64,000 nt of DNA, from the NCBI GenBank assembly GCA_900762355.1, contig CAAFGE010000018.1, positions 20,030-84,029 of the forward strand, in the 5' to 3' direction. The notes beneath the pieces are model-generated. The model made no database searches and had not been told where the DNA came from. It saw only the letters and a program-made list of their open reading frames with translations. Made by a program: the position numbers and the translations under genes. Position 1 is the first letter of the stretch. Each line of letters opens with the position of its first letter. Below, piece after piece: positions 62,126 through 64,000 of the stretch. Source of the DNA: an uncultured Collinsella sp. Lineage in GTDB: Bacteria > Actinomycetota > Coriobacteriia > Coriobacteriales > Coriobacteriaceae.

Positions 62126-63040
62126 ATGGGAACGGTGAGAAACGCACGCGTTAACCAGGGCGGCCCCAAGTGCGCCGGCATTGTGGGCCTGGGCCTCATC
62201 GGCGGCAGCTTTGCCCGCGGTTATGCGCAGGCGGGCGTCCGCGTGCTGGCCTGGGATCCCGATGACGATGTTATGACGGCGGCCAGCATGGGCACCGTCG
62301 CCGGCGAGCTCAACGACGAGACGCTCGGCGAGTGCGACATTATCGTGCTGGCCTGCTACCCCGAGGCATGCATCGAGTGGCTCGAGGCGCACGCGCAGGC
62401 GCTCGCCGACGCCACCGATACCGAGGCCATCATGGGCCCCGTGGTGATCGACACCGTGGGCGTCAAGGGCATTGTGTGCGAGCGCGCCTTTGAGCTCGCC
62501 CGCGACCACGGCTTCTACTTTGTGGGCGCGCACCCCATGGCGGGCACGCAGTTCTCGGGCTATGCGCACTCCCGCGCCGACCTGTTCCAGGGCGCACCGC
62601 TCGTACTTGTGCCGCCCGCGGTGGACGACGCGCTTAAGTTGGAGCTTTTGGGCCAAGTGCGCGAGATGGTGCGCCCCTTAGGCTTTGGCAAGTTCAGCGT
62701 AACGAGCGCCGCCGAGCACGACCGCGTCATCGCATTTACGAGCCAGCTCGCGCACGTCGTCTCCAACGCCTACGTCAAGAGCCCGACCGCCCAGGTCCAC
62801 CACGGCTTTTCGGCCGGCAGCTATCGCGACCTCACCCGCGTGGCGCATCTCAACCCGCAGATGTGGTCCGAGCTCATGATCGACGACGCCGACGCGCTCG
62901 CTTTCGAGATCGACCATCTGATCGAGTCGCTTAGCGCCTACAGCCGCGCGCTTAAGGACCGCGACCAGCGCTACCTGGAGAACCTCCTTGCCGAGGGCGA
63001 CCGCATCAAGCGTGCACTCGACGACGAGGCCTCCCACTAA
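62126..63040 (+). CDS. tyrA: prephenate dehydrogenase
   Basis: IVGLGLIGGSFA NAD-binding motif; TyrA catalytic domain. Confidence 0.9.
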   Translation: MGTVRNARVNQGGPKCAGIVGLGLIGGSFARGYAQAGVRVLAWDPDDDVMTAASMGTVAGELNDETLGECDIIVLACYPEACIEWLEAHAQALADATDTEAIMGPVVIDTVGVKGIVCERAFELARDHGFYFVGAHPMAGTQFSGYAHSRADLFQGAPLVLVPPAVDDALKLELLGQVREMVRPLGFGKFSVTSAAEHDRVIAFTSQLAHVVSNAYVKSPTAQVHHGFSAGSYRDLTRVAHLNPQMWSELMIDDADALAFEIDHLIESLSAYSRALKDRDQRYLENLLAEGDRIKRALDDEASH

Positions 63041-63076
63041 ACCACCCATCACGCCAGGTCGAAAGGACCGAAGCTT

Positions 63077-64000
63077 ATGGCGATTACCATCGATATCGAC
63101 ACCGCTCGCCCCTACCAGGTGCATGTGGGCACGTTTTTGCTGGAGCAGGCGGGCGAGCTTGTGCGCGCCACCGCCGGCGGCTCGCGCGCCGTCATCGTGA
63201 CGGACACCAACGTAGGTCCCCTCTACCAGATGCCCGTTAAGCAGAGCCTTGAGGCAGCTGGCTACGAGGTGAGCATCTGCACCTTCGAGGCCGGCGAGGC
63301 CCATAAGCGCGCCGAAACCTACATCAACATCCTGGAGTTTGTGGCCGAGCACGAGCTTTCGCGCTCCGACGTGATCGTGGCACTCGGCGGCGGCGTCGTG
63401 GGCGACGTGGCCGGCTTTGTGGCCGCCACCTACATGCGCGGCTGCAAGTTTGTGCAGATCCCCACGAGCCTGCTCGCCATGGTGGATTCGTCGGTCGGCG
63501 GCAAGACGGCCATCGATCTGGCCGCCGGCAAGAACCTCGCCGGCGCCTTTTGGCAGCCGAGCGTGGTTATCGCCGACGTGGGGTGTCTCGCCACCCTCAC
63601 GCCCGAGCAGTTCGCCGACGGCTGCGGCGAGGTCGTCAAGCATGCCGTGATTGCCGATCCCGAGCTTTTCGCCGAGCTGGAGAAGACCCCACTCACGCTT
63701 GAGCTGCTGAACCGCGACGTGGCCCGCGTGGCGCTCATCATCGCCCGCAATATCGACATCAAGCGCGCCGTGGTTGTTGCCGACGAGCGCGAGACCAACC
63801 AGCGCAAACTGCTCAATTTTGGACATAGCGCCGGACACGCCGTCGAGGCCTGCGAGCACTTTGAGCTCGGCCACGGCAACTGCGTGTCGATCGGCATGGG
63901 CATCATCACACGCGCCGCAGCCCTGCACGGAGTGTGCGACGCCGAGCTGCCCGGTCGTATTGAGGAACTCTGCGCCCGCCACGGCCTCAAGACTCGCTGC
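63077..64000 (+). CDS. aroB: 3-dehydroquinate synthase (3' end beyond the window)
   Basis: Open frame from ATG 63077 (ribosome-binding site GAAAGGA) to the window end; GGGVVGD, GKT and HxxxHA motifs of AroB. Confidence 0.85.
   Translation, partial: MAITIDIDTARPYQVHVGTFLLEQAGELVRATAGGSRAVIVTDTNVGPLYQMPVKQSLEAAGYEVSICTFEAGEAHKRAETYINILEFVAEHELSRSDVIVALGGGVVGDVAGFVAATYMRGCKFVQIPTSLLAMVDSSVGGKTAIDLAAGKNLAGAFWQPSVVIADVGCLATLTPEQFADGCGEVVKHAVIADPELFAELEKTPLTLELLNRDVARVALIIARNIDIKRAVVVADERETNQRKLLNFGHSAGHAVEACEHFELGHGNCVSIGMGIITRAAALHGVCDAELPGRIEELCARHGLKTRC

Overview
This 64 kb window is high-GC (about 60-65% by eye) chromosomal DNA from a Gram-positive actinobacterium. The gene set points to a Coriobacteriia-like anaerobe: class-1B pyrK/pyrD, AdhE, pyruvate phosphate dikinase, and a mreBCD-mrdA-rodA cluster. 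It is an ordinary core region, not an accessory island. About 60 genes are packed with short gaps and frequent start/stop overlaps, and nearly all lie on the minus strand. Contents from left to right: thiI (partial), rpoZ-gmk-mihF, the complete pyrimidine operon (pyrR-B-C-K-D-F), a plus-strand islet (rpmB, adhE, an APH-like kinase), proS, ispG, rseP, dxr, cdsA, uppS, frr, pyrH, tsf, rpsB, xerC, trmFO, dprA-comM-yraN-rnhB, rplS, ppdK with its regulatory protein, glyS/glyQ, lepB, trmD, rimM, rpsP, dinB, rsfS-yqeK-nadD-obg, rpmA-rplU, a TIGR03936/TIGR03960 radical-SAM pair, the rodA-mrdA-mreDCB cell-shape cluster, TPR and zinc-ribbon membrane proteins around a cyclophilin, a P-type ATPase, tRNA-Arg(CCG), then plus-strand aroF-tyrA-aroB (partial). 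The clearest non-core feature is a ~0.9 kb lower-GC insertion between dinB and rsfS. It encodes an IS200-like (Y1/HUH, RAYT-type) transposase flanked by 35-bp palindromic inverted repeats, a REPtron-like arrangement. Other points of interest are iterated repeats upstream of ppdK, a terminator-like hairpin in the aroF leader, a perfect palindrome upstream of adhE, xerC's conserved N-terminus lying upstream of any canonical start codon, an RseP protease with a ~110-aa cytoplasmic insertion resembling a winged helix, and a P-type ATPase with a Lys/Arg-rich tail. I found no CRISPR array, prophage, biosynthetic cluster or recognisable defence/toxin system. The many long antisense ORFs in the track are high-GC artefacts. 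CDS coordinates follow the supplied ORF track, with starts adjusted by homology and ribosome-binding-site context. Features I read directly from the sequence (hairpins, repeats) may be off by +/-2 nt.
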